Positions 14,325-27,716 of a stretch of DNA of 64,000 bases are shown here, piece by piece. The stretch is from the NCBI GenBank assembly GCA_964304625.1, contig OZ199838.1:3210656-3274655 (forward strand), read 5' to 3'. Source of the DNA: Kudoa neothunni (lineage: Eukaryota; Animalia; Cnidaria). The notes beneath the pieces are model-generated. The model searched no databases. It had not been told where the DNA came from and saw only the letters and a program-made list of their open reading frames with translations. Numbering within the stretch: position 1 is the first letter of the stretch; each line of letters begins with the position of its first letter. The position numbers and the translations under genes were made by a program.

Positions 14325-14582
14325 ATATAAATTTTATCATCTTTAAGAAGATTATATATTATATCCTCCCAATTTGACATTATTATTTTATACGCGCATA
14401 AAAACTGCGGAATTTGTAATTAATCTTGAGTTACATCTAGTGCTGTGTTAATTTAGTAAAGTTTATTTCATTTAAGCTTAATCACGTTTATCGTTGTGTA
14501 TAAAAATTTTGTTTTTAATCTCGACTTGTTAAAAAAGTTCAAATTATTTCTTTTATTAGTTAATGCAGCAAACCCTGGAATC

Positions 14583-14645
14583 GTGTTGTTAAAGCTTGAC
14601 ACAATGTTGCTAATGCTTGACACAGTGTTGTTAAAGCTCGGAAAA
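14583..14645. repeat. Three 21-bp subterminal direct repeats in the right end of the Tc1 element
   Basis: GTGTTGTTAAAGCTTGACACA / ATGTTGCTAATGCTTGACACA / GTGTTGTTAAAGCTCGGAAAA. Confidence 0.85.
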
Positions 14646-16387
14646 CCCTATAAATTCGTCACCAATTGTAAAAAATATAAGTTCAGTATCAGGTAGCATG
14701 CCGAATATGAAAGTAAATATGATTCTAACAGATTTTTTAACTTCTATTTCAATCATATATTATTTAAAATAAAACCCGAAAAATCACTATATGATGTTTT
14801 ATTCTTATTCCTACATCATAATCAGTAACATATGTTAATTGATTTTTATATATACTTGATTCTATTGAAAACCGGACAAATTTTTCAATAAATGTTTGTA
14901 CATTTTAGGATAATTTGTAATTTTACATGAATATATATATATATATATCAGATTTTTATGTATGAACAGTAAATGTCTAAAAAATAGTAACAGATACATA
15001 ACGATTAAATCAAATAAAAATCTTCTTCAGATTCATTTAATTCATTAGATGCAATGCTTTCAGTGTCGGACGTACAAAAATCATTGGAACCAATAAAATC
15101 TATCAGTGTAACAAGAAATTAAACGTAAGAGATTAGTTGAGCATAATATTAAAATTATTGGATACAACAATAATCCACTTTAATGAAAGCTTGACTTAAA
15201 ATCAGAAGAAAAATAATATTCATTAATAATAACAACCATTAGAAAACACAATATAATGAATTTAAATGAACTTCCGGTTTAAAGTGAGGTTTTATTCGAG
15301 ATTGAAACGCCAATTTAATGAGCGAATGGGCTCGTGGAGCCCATGATTATCTACAACAATTTATCAGGGTGTTTCCTATGATATCTTCATAATTCAAACT
15401 ACCTATTACTAAATGACTGGGGCATTTACAACATGTAAAAATTGTGAGAATGGGGGAGAGTGTGGTACCTGAGAATCACCATCTTGAAAATTCTTTTACT
15501 TCCTAATTTTTCCACGATTGTTTATAATAAAATAAAATAATACCGAGAACAAGGATACAGCAAAAAATGTCAGCTCCTAAATTTTAGCAATTCTTAACCC
15601 GAACAGTGTCGGATGCACATGCAATCTCCATCGTGTGACAATAAACATTGAATTTTCTCTTTCACACTCCTCTTATTAACTCGACTGTTACATATTATCA
15701 ATATTAAAATTTTTTTTTATTTTAATATAACAACATTAAATTGATAAACTTAACAACAGGCCTTTCGCATTTTTCACACAAAACATCATATTTTCTATTA
15801 CATAAATATGTTGTATTAACTACAAATATGTATAAACAAGTTTGCTATAGGTATTTTTAGTTTATGATTTTTTTGGACGATTTTATATTTACATATAGAA
15901 TGGTTATACTTGCATTTTTATTAACATTTATCAACTGCAAAAATTATATATGTTAATATCATCAGTTCTTGTTGATAATTAAAATGGAAACCAGAATCAA
16001 ATTTGATTATAAATGTTCACGACGATTATTATAGTAATTGCAATAATTTCTATGCAACATGTTTAGAATAACACATTTGTCAATTTATTACTATATTAAC
16101 ACAATTTATGAGCAATCTAACACATTTTGTTATAATAATCGCATAATTCTCAATTAAGTTATAAAAACGGCGACAATAATTTAATAATTTTAAAGCGTTA
16201 TTTTTTAATTTACATGTTTACTTCATTATGAAAAAGATCTTAGAGAAAATTTTAATATTATATTATATTTTTCAGGTAAATAAATCTTTTCGAAATAATA
16301 AATGAATTATATAGTAATGGAATCTTCACTGAGATATTATGTTTATTAGGCAAACAATTTTTTATTGTTAATCTCATTTCAATAAAT

Positions 16388-16975
16388 CAGGGGTTCTCAA
16401 CCAGGGATAAATTAAGTAACATCAAAATTGGATGTGGAATTTTTTGCTTTATGTGCTTGTGATGTATTGCAGGATTTCTAAGGAATTATATTATGTGGGG
16501 CTATTAAAATCAATATGAATTAAGGAGAAATTTTTGTTAAATTTTTTAGGAATAAATATTTAACAGTTATTTTTAAAACTATTATCAATCTCTATCTTTT
16601 ATACCTCTTTTATTTTTTGATGATGCATCCCCTAATAATAATACTTATACTTAACATGACTATTTTCATGGTAATTAATATTTATGGGTCAATAGTTGTG
16701 ACTACTTTAAATATGTCTAGGCCGTAAGAGCGAAGAAATTGGCAAGAAATAATTTAATTTGGAAAATCTGAAAAATTAAATCTATGTACTGCTTGTAAAA
16801 GTTGATGGAATAAAAATTTTCATTTTGCGAACGTAAGTGTCTTTTAGGACAAAAATTAACCCCTTCAACCTCAAATAATTTCTGCTATAACTAAACCAGT
16901 ACAAAACCTTACAGTAAAAGTGAATTTTGCTTCCAAGTTAAGGGGGTAAATTTGAAAAACCAGTTGAAAACCCTG
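16388..16975. mobile_element. hAT-like MITE remnant
   Basis: CAGGGGTTCTCAACC ... CAGTTGAAAACCCTG inverted ends. TSD degenerate. Confidence 0.5.
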
Positions 16976-17329
16976 CATTATACGATTATATTCGATTTAT
17001 TTTATTTTTAATAGAACACATCTAATATTTAACTCAGCATGGATTGTATATATTTTATTATATTATTATTTTTATAATCGTATTAGGGTCGGATTTTAAA
17101 TGTATATATCTTATAATTAGGGAATAGCGTTTTCGACGTTTATTTTCAAGAAATTCGATGGCTAAAATCGAAGACAGCATTCCCTACTTATAATATACCA
17201 CATATATTCTCTATGCATTAAAAAAGCTGTAATATCGTTAATTTCATAATTTTTGCATATTCATAGATAGAAATGTATTTGTTTATTCATTCAGTAGTAT
17301 AATTAATCATACTAAAAACGTTATTTAAA

Positions 17330-18400
17330 CGTTCAAATTTTTTTTCCATAAATTGATCTGAACCATTCCTCAGGTAAATATGTTTCTAAGTTTTCAAAAG
17401 AAACTACTCTTTTTATTCATAGGAATTTTGTTTTCAGTCTTCCCCAACAGGCCTCTATGGTATTAGTGTGAAACCCATCGCGACCATATTCTATAGAATG
17501 ATTAATTTGTATATGATTATAACCAAGTGATGATAAACTATTGTAAGCTGACCACTCATCAATAAAAATGGTCGACCCAGAAATGACTTAATTCTTGATA
17601 ATTTCGGTCAAGGTTTCGGAATTTCCTTTTTCGACGTAGAAGTATCGAACCTCCTTTAGTCATCTTTTGTTATTGTCGTCGACTTGACAAAGTGTCAAAC
17701 CAAACATCCACGGCCCGTCAATACGGTTATCGTATCTTTCTCTTCTTGCTGAATTTATATACTTAAATAAATTGAACAAGGTAATCATATATTAATTTAG
17801 GAATTATCCGATACTACGTTCTCTGATGGCTCATATTGACTTCCGCTCATATCATCGATTGCTATAAGATCAAGAGTACAACAAGCCAAAATGAAGAAAT
17901 ATAATGCATTAAATAATAGGGATAACCACCTAGGTCAACAAATTCTTTGTTCGGAGACATTTTCCAAACATCACCTTTTAAATAACGGCCACGATTATTT
18001 TTTCGTTTATTTCTATTACGAAACCTTCTCCGCCAAATTTGGATTGTTAATTAAAGTTCTGAGAGAAAATATCTCGAAGCTTCGTAAACATAGCATCTAT
18101 TTTCTTGCCAGAATGAGTCATTTCGGAGGCGGATAAAATAGAATTATCCACGGACCAGTAATAAATAATTTTACAAATTTTTTTGACCGTCAGGTTATGA
18201 GATGGACCATGACAACTTGAAATAGAAAAGAATGTCCCATTCCTCGGAGATACCTTGGTTTTTCATCTGAATCCCGTTAAGGTGGCTTTTAGAGACAACG
18301 TTATTACTTTTTACAAAAATGGCAAAACATATTCATAATCATTCCGTTCGTACGATGTCATTTTTGACATAGGTCTTCTGACATTTAATTTTCGGTTTGT
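17330..18400 (-). pseudogene. Degenerate Merlin transposase (missed by the ORF track)
   Basis: Minus-strand fragments KRKNNRGRYLKGD, RYDNRIDGPWMFG, DEWSAYNSL, INHSIEYGRDGFHTNTIEACWGRLK. Same family as the element at 45430-50904. Confidence 0.8.
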
Positions 18401-21055
18401 TAATGAAAAACATTGAAAATTATAACATTTCAAGCACCTATAATGATGAGAACGAAGATACCCTTTATGTAGCAATGCATTAAATATTTTCCTTGGATCA
18501 TTAATTAATGAAAAAAAGCGACATCTCCTAGGAAACTTGACGAATTCATTTCCTTTACACGTGCTAAGCTAACCCATTATTTTTTTAACGAAGTTTACAT
18601 GTTGTTCAAATAAAGGAGTTAAATTATTATGTTCAATAATAAATCATGAAATTAATAGTTAATTGTAAAAATAAGAAAAAGAAATTAGGTCTAAAGTTTA
18701 AAAATCGCAAAGTATGAATAACTGTGCAATCTTACGTTTATGGCACATTATATAACTGTAATTTTATTTTCGTCGTATCTCTATTTTGCAATATTATATT
18801 TCCTAAAAGATATGTATAGAAAAATTACTTAATGAAAATTTTTTATTAATAATGTTTATCATAGTGAAATGAGGAATTTGACCATATGGTTACATTAAAC
18901 CTTTAATTATATAAATTATAATAATAAAATGGTTCTAACTTTTTTTGAGTTCAATTAAATTGAGCCACAAAAATATATAAACTAAAAAATCGTTCATTAA
19001 TTGTATTATTTAAAAAAATATAGTCATTATATAAAAAATTAAAGGGAAGATTATTTATAATTAATTTGTGAAGCTTATTAAAATGGTTGAGCCAAACAAA
19101 ATTTTAAATTAAACATTGATAAAAATGATTCTAAGACATATATCGGATTTAGAAGTTATTTTATTGTCAATATAATGATTTCGCCTTATTTTTGAGGAAT
19201 TTAACTAAGATATCACATGTGCCGGCGATATTGTGTTCGGGATTTAGTAACAAAATTAGGAGTAATTATAATTAGTTGAATTATTGCTTTCGTCATCCTT
19301 TATTTTGTTATGAGAAATAGCTAAAAAATAAACAGAAAAATGAGGCGTAAAAATGTGTTTTAGATGCTTAATACTCATCTAGTCTAATTATAATAAACAT
19401 CTGCGCATTTAAATTTCCACACTTTAACCCTCTAATGAATTTGGGGTAAATTTTTACTCTAGCGAGAAGTTAATAGTTGTATACGTGGTTTGTTTGCTCT
19501 TCGTAGGATTTGAGTGTTTTTCTAATCATCTAAAAAAATTAGTAATATGTGATTTTGAAATATTATGACTAGAAATATAAAATGAGTAAAATTATATTAA
19601 GTTTACATTAAAATGAATTTTTTTACATAAATTGATAGATACAATAATAATTATTGCATAAATCAGATTTTAGATTTATCTGTTGGAAACATTTGAAGTT
19701 ATATGGTTATTACCAATGTTAATGATCACGTGAGTTTCTTTTTTATTTTTATCATTGCGATAATTGAGATGGATTTAACCGATAATAATTAGAATTGTGA
19801 ATGAAATTCTCTTAAAATGATTATGAATACTTTAGAACTGATATGTCGTAAGAATCTGACAAGATTGAAAATTTCCAGAATTCGGGTCAATCCATAATCC
19901 CATAATCAGTAATGACGGCCTATGATGCTGTTTTTCTATTTAATGGATTTATTATTTTTAAATTTGTGTTTCATTTATGATTAAAATTCGCCATAAGAAA
20001 TGCTCATGCTTGCTTTATTAATACCTCAATTTTCTAATTAAAAAAAAGGATAGAATTTTTCAAGAAAACTAAAATAAGTTAAAAATACTATTTTTTTCAT
20101 TTAGGTGCAGCAATAGTTTAAAAACTTATAAATATTGATTCATTTCCTTTAAGTTGTACAATAACAACTCACACAATGGGAACGTACTTTTCCCAGAACT
20201 AATAATAATAATTAATTATAATAATGTTTAATTACTAATAACAGTTTTATAATCATTTTCACCAAGTGAAAATATTAAATGATCTAATGTGACGTAATCA
20301 CCCAACAATCGAAGCTTCACGTTGCTGCAATATTATCTTGTTTTTCGAATGACCAAATCCACATTAACTCTTCACCCATAAATAATTCGAGACATTATTT
20401 CGCAAGATTAATGTTAGATTGGTGGAATTAGACATCTATACCATCCCACGGTGTACACAATCAGAGGTAACTGTGGTAATGTGTCCTATAGGTCACACTA
20501 GGGAACTGAAAATGGTTTGATCATTTTATTTTTTCGGTAACGAATAGATTTTCGGTAAAATCTTAAGTTGTTTTTTTTCGAATTAATTAACCCTCAATAA
20601 GTGACCTTGGGCTTGACGAGCCACCGGATTAATTTCTTTCCTTGAATGGTTTATATTTTAAACGGCATTTACTTGCTTTACTACGTTATAGCGCCGTAAA
20701 AAATTAGATATATAATAAATAACTTATTTTTGGGAACATTCAAACGATTAAAATTTTTAATGAATGCTCGTTGCAAATAATATTGTTACACACTTCGTTT
20801 ACTTATCTGCTCCGTCTTATGATGCTCGCAGGACATAAAATACATCGTTTCGGATAATTTATTAGCTTCCGTAAATGACGTATTATTCTCATTGAATTTC
20901 AACCTAACTGCTTCAAGAGAACGCATAAAAGCGGAGTGACATCCAATTTTTTGTGACTTGACATGAAAACTCGCCGTTGTCGCGTAAGCGCTGATTCAAC
21001 GCGCCTAACAAAAACTCAACATGTCTGGTGAATCTAATTCTAATAAACACAATTA

Positions 21056-22503
21056 TAGGGTTTTCCGATTAAAGTGATAATTTTTGCAATTAATGAGACT
21101 CATTTTAATTAACTTAGACTTAAATTGCGCATAAAAACTATTCATCAATATAACAGCAACAAATATATTATTGGTTTGTTATTTCCCTATTTTTAGACTT
21201 TTGGAGATATCTTGATATTTTTCTGAAGAAGCCATCACAATGAGAAGCAGTAATTTCGTCAAATTTATTAGAGATTAACTCTTTCAATTAATTAAATTAA
21301 ATTAAATTCCATTCCATTTTTTTGGTTTCTCCTCTTATTACCAAATTCTTCCTAACAGAAAATATATTTTCTATTGGGTTCCGAAATGGGGAGTTTGGCG
21401 GCAAGAAGAATAAATTGAGTCCGAGCATGTTTATAGTGTCTTTTAGTCCTTTATAATGGTGAATACGCGCATTTTCCATAATAAAGATTGGATCGTTAAT
21501 GTTTTTTAAAGGACATACCTCCTTTATTTCAATCAGACAACTTTTAAAATCCTCTCCGTTTACCGCCTTATCGTGAATCTTATGAAATATCATTCCGTAT
21601 TTATTCATGGCTGCCATTTCTGAAAGGTTTCTGCTTCTTGCGACAGAAACAGAACCATTTCAGAAGTGGCAGCCCGTCCTCTTTTTGGTCGCGCAACAAC
21701 AGCAAACCCTGCTTCATCCATAAAGATAAATGTTTTATCCTCCATGTCCAGCTCGAATTTTCTAAAATCCGTTGCGTAGGTATATCTAGTTTCGATTGTA
21801 GACGCAACTTATCCGCTCAGGAATCTGTGCAGTACATTTTATGGTATAATGAAAATTTTGAAGTATTGTGCCAACCGTGCTTTTGCTCACAGAAATATTA
21901 AATTTTTCCTGAATCATTCTTTTCATATCATTTAGCCTCAATAAACAGTCAGAGTCAACCCATGATAAAATTTCAAATTTTTGATCATGAGACAACTTTG
22001 ACTTTTTATCGCCACTACGGTTCTGGATACGTATGCAACCATTCTTGTTATAATTTTTTATGATTCTTCAAACGGACTTATAATTAATGGAAAGATCTTC
22101 GGATATTTGTTTCGTAGATTTTCTTTCGAGTGATTTGTTGATAATTTTAACTCTCTCTTCATCAGGGACAGTGGAAATCATTTTTGTATTTTGGATATTT
22201 TCGGAATTTAGTTCCATCCTAATATCAAAAGATTACGGCGAAATAAATATAAATAATATATTTTAAAATAAGCTCGTTATAATTATAATTTAAATATAGT
22301 TATTTTATGAACCAAAAAACGTTAAACCTTGACTTGATCAGGAAATCCCCCTTTTTAATTTATACCGTGGAGGTTAAGGATGGAAGCTAATGTTACGTTA
22401 GTTAAACAATAAACGAAATACAAATTATTATCTATTATGACCAATTTAATCGAAACCTTCTTGCAATGATTGCAACAGTTCTCACATTAATCTGGAAACC
22501 CTA
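21056..22503 (-). mobile_element. Degenerate Tc1/IS630 element related to the 13140 element
   Basis: TIRs TAGGGTTTTCCGATTAAAGTG and (reverse complement) TAGGGTTTCCAGATTAATGTG. Frameshifted transposase with VNGEDFK, MENARIHHYKGL, LPPNSPFRNPIENIFS. Confidence 0.88.
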
Positions 22504-22688
22504 TATTTGCTATTCAAAACCATAAGAAATGGAAACCAAGATCATGTTCAATAAGTTTTATTATGTGAAAGATTGTTCTAACGGCAACAATCAATATTGC
22601 TGATGTCAGTACAGAACATGTAAAGGCCGAGAACTTCACCATTGGATAATATCTTGCAAATTGAAGAAAAGGAACTCAATTAATGTTA

Positions 22689-23680
22689 CCGGGGTTTGCA
22701 TCCAAATCCGGACATTATCACAATTAACTTCATTTGTTGCTCTACGTTGTTTGAATATTGTTAAAGCTATACCTGGTAGAACTGAATATAATAAAAGCCT
22801 ATGGTGTTGAAGAAAGGATTCTAAAAGCTCCCAAAGGGGGTTCTAGAAATATTACGTTGACCGAGTATCTAAAGAAATGTCTATTAGACTTAATGATGAT
22901 TGTACCATAACATTGCAATAAATCATAGAAAAGTTGAACCTGAAAGTACACACATCAACTGTATGGAGGTGACTAAACGTCCTAAATACATCGTATAAAA
23001 TGACGCGTCCTATACCCAAAGGCAGAAATAGCGTCGAAGTTAAATCAGGACGCAACATTTATGCCAATTGATACACGAGCCTGTCACTTGACGTGTGCTA
23101 TAAAAGTTTGGTTTTTGTGGATGAGAGCCCGTTCTCGTTACATTTATTACGCTCTCATGGACGTTCACATGTTGGAACAACACCTAACCCGGTGATGCAA
23201 AATAGCAGGGGGAGAAACGTCATCATGGTACTTGCTGTTAACGCAATAAACGTGGTAAGCTGTGAGGCTGTATTCGTCCTTTTAAAACCCCTCACTGCGA
23301 GGAGGTATTCTCACAAACAAAAAATAACGTGAGAAGAACTGGAACCAACGAATTACTGGAAAGAATGAAAAATCCCACAAATAATGTAACGGAACGAAAT
23401 TTAAAAAATTATTTCCAACACGCCGAAACATTCTTAGGAAGATGCCATACATACCAAGATAATGGACTCGGTTAAATCAATGAATTTATTTATTGTTCAA
23501 TTGAAATATTGTTTTATTTCTATTTTTGTATTTTAACATTGGATGACGCCCGTTTTTCAATTGATATAATTATCAAACCTTTTATACTTAATCATGCGTT
23601 AGAATTATCAAAAGAAGACATTAATACATTAGATATCCAAAAACAAAAAAATAATGTCCGGATTTAAATGCTAAACCCGG
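22689..23680 (+). mobile_element. Degenerate Tc1/IS630 element (second family)
   Basis: TA|CCGGGGTTTGCATCCAAATCCGGACATTA ... TAATGTCCGGATTTAAATGCTAAACCCGG|TA. Contains LVFVDESPF...HGRS; internally deleted. Confidence 0.85.
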
Positions 23681-24089
23681 TAACTACGAGTCTAATTTAT
23701 ATGGCTTAAAAATTGAATCACTAAGAAATCGATATTTAGTCCTACACGATTCCGGTTCCAAGGATGATGAGCGTGTCATCTTTTTTCTACTTCCCAAAAC
23801 CTTGTACATTTGAATAATGCCGAACTTTGGATATCTGGTTGGAACGTTCAAAGCGGTGCCAAGAGAGTTCACCAAATTATACGTTATTCGCGGGAAGATG
23901 TTGGGTAAGGATTTTCCACTCATTTATGTGTCAATGACAACTAGAACAGAAGCCATGTATACCAAAGTTGACTAAATTACAGTATCTGTGCAAACTTCGG
24001 ACATTATTTTTAAAGTGAATAAAACGTCAAAATATATACAAGAGTATTAATTTCCCGTTCGACCAACTTTTTTCAAAACAGAAAATCGT

Positions 24090-24830
24090 CTATATACCCA
24101 GGCAAATTCTCGGTATTTATATTTGTGGCGTTTCTATACTACCTTTTAAAAGCATCCCAAGTCGCCTCTATTTTGTTTGTGTGAACTCCATCACTCGAAA
24201 TAAACCTTCTTTAGTGGATAAAGGTTCCATGAATAAAATCTAAAATTTTCTAAATAATTGTATCCGCTCCATCCATCCGTATTTTTGAACCGTCTTCCAT
24301 GTCATCGATTATTATTCTCTCAAGAACATCTCTGTTTCTGTATTGAGAAATCTTTAGGAAGGAGTTTCCTTCATCGTCAATTCCACCCACCATCCAATGT
24401 TGCTGATTTTTCAGAACACGGCCAACATTATATTTCCTCTTCGAGATCGCGGTCTCGTCAATTTGAAGAGTTATTTCATCACCTCCAATTTTCGTGAATT
24501 TATCATTCAATTTGGAAGCCATGAAATATCTCATAATAGTCTTCCAATCCATTATTGTTGAATTCGATGCGATATCAAGGTGTTGTTGAAGCTGATCAAA
24601 TGTCATGGTTGGATGTTGGATAAAACAGACCACAAATATGAATGATTTCCACAAAGGGAACTTTGACATTTCGAAAATGGTCCCAGATCTCAATGAGCGC
24701 CTTTTACGGTAATTGCTATATCTAAACTGGTAACCATCGTCCCCATCTTTACGCCGAACCACACTCATACTATCTCCGCATGTACATTTGCAAAAGCTAT
24801 GTAACCAATTAAAAATTTACAAAATTTTTA
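24090..24830 (-). pseudogene. Merlin/IS1595-like transposase, degenerate
   Basis: KIGGDEITLQIDET, KRKYNVGR, WMVGGID, GVHTNKIEATW. Confidence 0.85.
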
Positions 24831-25059
24831 ATTGTGTAATCGATATCGTCACGAAAGTAACCATAATCAAGAATAGTTATTTCAATAATGGTGTCAAATG
24901 TGAATAATCTCTTGTGACACCATTTGCGCTAAAATTTCGCGGGAATTTCAGATCAGAACCGAAGTTTGCACAAATACTGTAACTTGGTCCAGAAGTTTTG
25001 CCCATTCTCAAAGATAATAAAGTGAGTTTCCTAAATTTTTGGTAATTGACTTTGAGTTT

Positions 25060-27470
25060 CAATTATTCAATGTTTTTAAAAAAGCATTAAAATAAACATC
25101 CATAAAATTCTGCCTTTTCAATAATGGACAATTTATTTGGAGACGAATACAAAAAGGATTTACGAAATTACATAAAGAAAACCTTGATTTCTAAATATAT
25201 ATCAAATGTTTCCTATCTCTAGCCTTCGTTCCAATAGAATCTGTTCACTAGGAGTTTACCAAACAGAACAAGAAAAGAAATAAGTTCAGCGATGTCAATT
25301 TAGCATCGTTTATAACTAGGGCATGCAATTTTCAATTTAAACCGTCTAGTTTATCATGCTGGCTTGGATGTATTTTTTCAGAGCGTTTCAGAAAGGGCGC
25401 CCTAATAAGAATGGGGGTATGGCGGTGTTTTGCCGGAGAAGTGTAATGCGCGCGTAGATGTGAAAAATGGGCAATGACTTAGCGAGTACGTATACAATCC
25501 TTAAAACTAAAAAGAATAAGGACCTTATTATATTACAATGAATATTTTTATGTAAGTGATTACAAAAATAGTAAATATAGATATTGGGGGGGGTGTCAAG
25601 TTAGAATGTGTCAGGGTAGATTATGAACATCCCCTGTATACAACATAGAGCAGATTGAAGAATTAAAATTTCATAATCACGTTGTCGACGATGAAGGAAA
25701 AAAATAGAAAGTTGATGTGGGGCAGAATTAAGGAAATATCGGAAAACACTGTGTACCCTACCTCTAAAGTTTACAGCTTAGCATCCAGTAATGAAAATAT
25801 CAATAATATTCCAATTGTTTCTAAAAAACAGTATATAAACGATTCCAAAGTGTTAGAAAAAGGAAGAATAGCGAAAAAAATTCGGATGAATGATGTTTAT
25901 ACTGATTTAAATATCTTAAGAGATGAACCATTCTATTTGCATGGCTCGGGATCTGATGACAGGAATAGAATCATAATTTTCACACCAGGGAGAAATCTAA
26001 TACACCTACGGAATTCTAATTATTGGATCGCCGAAGGTACATTTAGCGTGGTTCCTAAGGAATTTTTTCAACTTTACACTGTCCACGGTTCAGTTTTTAA
26101 TAGAGTTTTCCCTCTTGTTCATGTACTAATGTCCGATAAATCGCAAAAAAGTTACGAAAAAATACTTCAAATTCTCAAGGAAAAAGGAAATTTAGATCTT
26201 CCAGAAAATGTCGTAATAGATTTTGAAATGGCAGCATATAATTCTTTTAAAAAAGAATCAAAATATTCTGTGTATTTCTGTTTATTTCGCCTAGGTCAAT
26301 GTGTATATAGAAAATTGCACAAATTATGTTGCTCCAATGAGTATGACTCTGACGATAATTTTAAATTATTCGTAAAATGTGTAACATCGCTCGCTTTTGT
26401 TCCACCTTATTATTTATGTGCGAAAAGAATTTGAAAAGTTACGAATAAAATCTAAAAATTTCCAATACAATCGTGGAATGCTTTCGACAGAATATTGCAA
26501 AATATCAAATTGACATCAAATTCCGCTGATATTTTCAAAAGGCATTTTTACAGTCGATTCGAACAATCTCATTCTGGGATACACACCTGTATTCAAAAAT
26601 TAAAAGAGCATCAAAGCATTGTGGAGCAAGATGTTTGTTTTCAAATATGCAACCCAAATATGGAACTTTATGGCAAAAAAATAAGCGAGAAGTACGAAAA
26701 ATTGAAACAAATATGTCTAAACTACGATAAATACTACCACATATTATAATTGGAAGGTAAAATGGATTTTAATTAACAAAAATATCATAGTTTTCACTAA
26801 ATTTAATAGCTATATATATTTGATTAATTGTGTTTTCCTTAAGCAATATTAAGCATGTGCATCACACAAATTCCGGAGAAAGTTCGCCTTATAGTCTTCT
26901 TTCGCAATTAAAATATTTTAGGGTATTAGGCATGTTCATTCAGAAGGAAAATTTCTATGGTATTATATTTATATTAAAATATAATTTCGATATATTATAA
27001 AACTGTTAATTTTTGTTTTTTGCGTCAAAGATATGTTTGCTCAGATCTGTGTATAATCTCCTTTATGCTTAAAAACGTCGAAAATTGCATGCCCTATTTA
27101 TAACCTATTTCGAAAAAAACTTTGTAATTTGTTCAAGATTCTTAATAGAAAATTGGAATGTTTTCGATCGCGTTATAGAGGGAATAAACCTTACTTCAAA
27201 TTCAACAGAAGCATTCAACTGTCATTTTCATAATCGATTTGATCAGTCATGTCGGATTGCAAACATTTATTGAGGTGTTGAAAAAAACGCAAAGAAATGC
27301 TGAACAAAACATTTAATTTCGCATGTGCAATCCGAATTCTATTTTATCTGAAAAACATCAGATTTTGAAGATGGACAAAATTAAAGACATGTCTTAATTA
27401 TGAGAAATATTACGAAACCTATTATTTGGAAGCTATTCCCTTAATATATAATTGGAAACTATGTTAGGAT
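25060..27470 (+). pseudogene. Older MULE transposase relic interrupted by a related MULE
   Basis: GQFIWRRIQ...SLAFVP...LASFIT|YFEKNF...NWNVFDRV...TSNSTEAFN reads through once 25317-27096 and one TSD copy are removed. Confidence 0.75.
25317..27096 (+). mobile_element. MULE (FLYWCH-type) transposon, degenerate
   Basis: 17-bp TIR TAGGGCATGCAATTTTC and exact 8-bp TSD TTTATAAC. ORF has WIAEGTF...QLYTVHG...FPLVHVLM, VIDFEMA and CLFRLGQ, plus an N-terminal YW..C....C...HNH relic. Confidence 0.88.
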
Positions 27471-27716
27471 TATATTTTATAACTAAATTAATGTCGTCTA
27501 CAAATATGTTCTTAGTTTGTTTTATATATTCGTGTATTTATAGTAAAACGCCAATTTTGCGGTCTCAGCCACACCAATAATTTGTCAGTAGAGAATTGAT
27601 TTAAGGAATTAGATCCTGACATTGATACACTTATGGCGCAATTGTGAGACCAACTTTTAAATAAAATAATGCTCATTCCACCTGTCATAATCCCTTTTGG
27701 CTGAGAATTGGCTTAA

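Larger units (their letters stand above)
13140..14650 (+). mobile_element. Apparently intact Tc1/IS630-family (DD34E) DNA transposon
   Basis: Perfect TIR TAGGGTTTTCCGAGCTTTAACAACAC at both ends, flanked by TA. Uninterrupted transposase ORF. Confidence 0.95.

Noticed and set aside
14583-14645. Short direct repeats as a CRISPR-like array
   Set aside because: Contiguous 21-bp units with no spacers, inside a transposon end, in eukaryotic DNA.
19426-19473. TTAACCC...GTTAA mini piggyBac-like remnant (similar at ~16856-16950)
   Set aside because: The inverted match is too short and degenerate to support a call.
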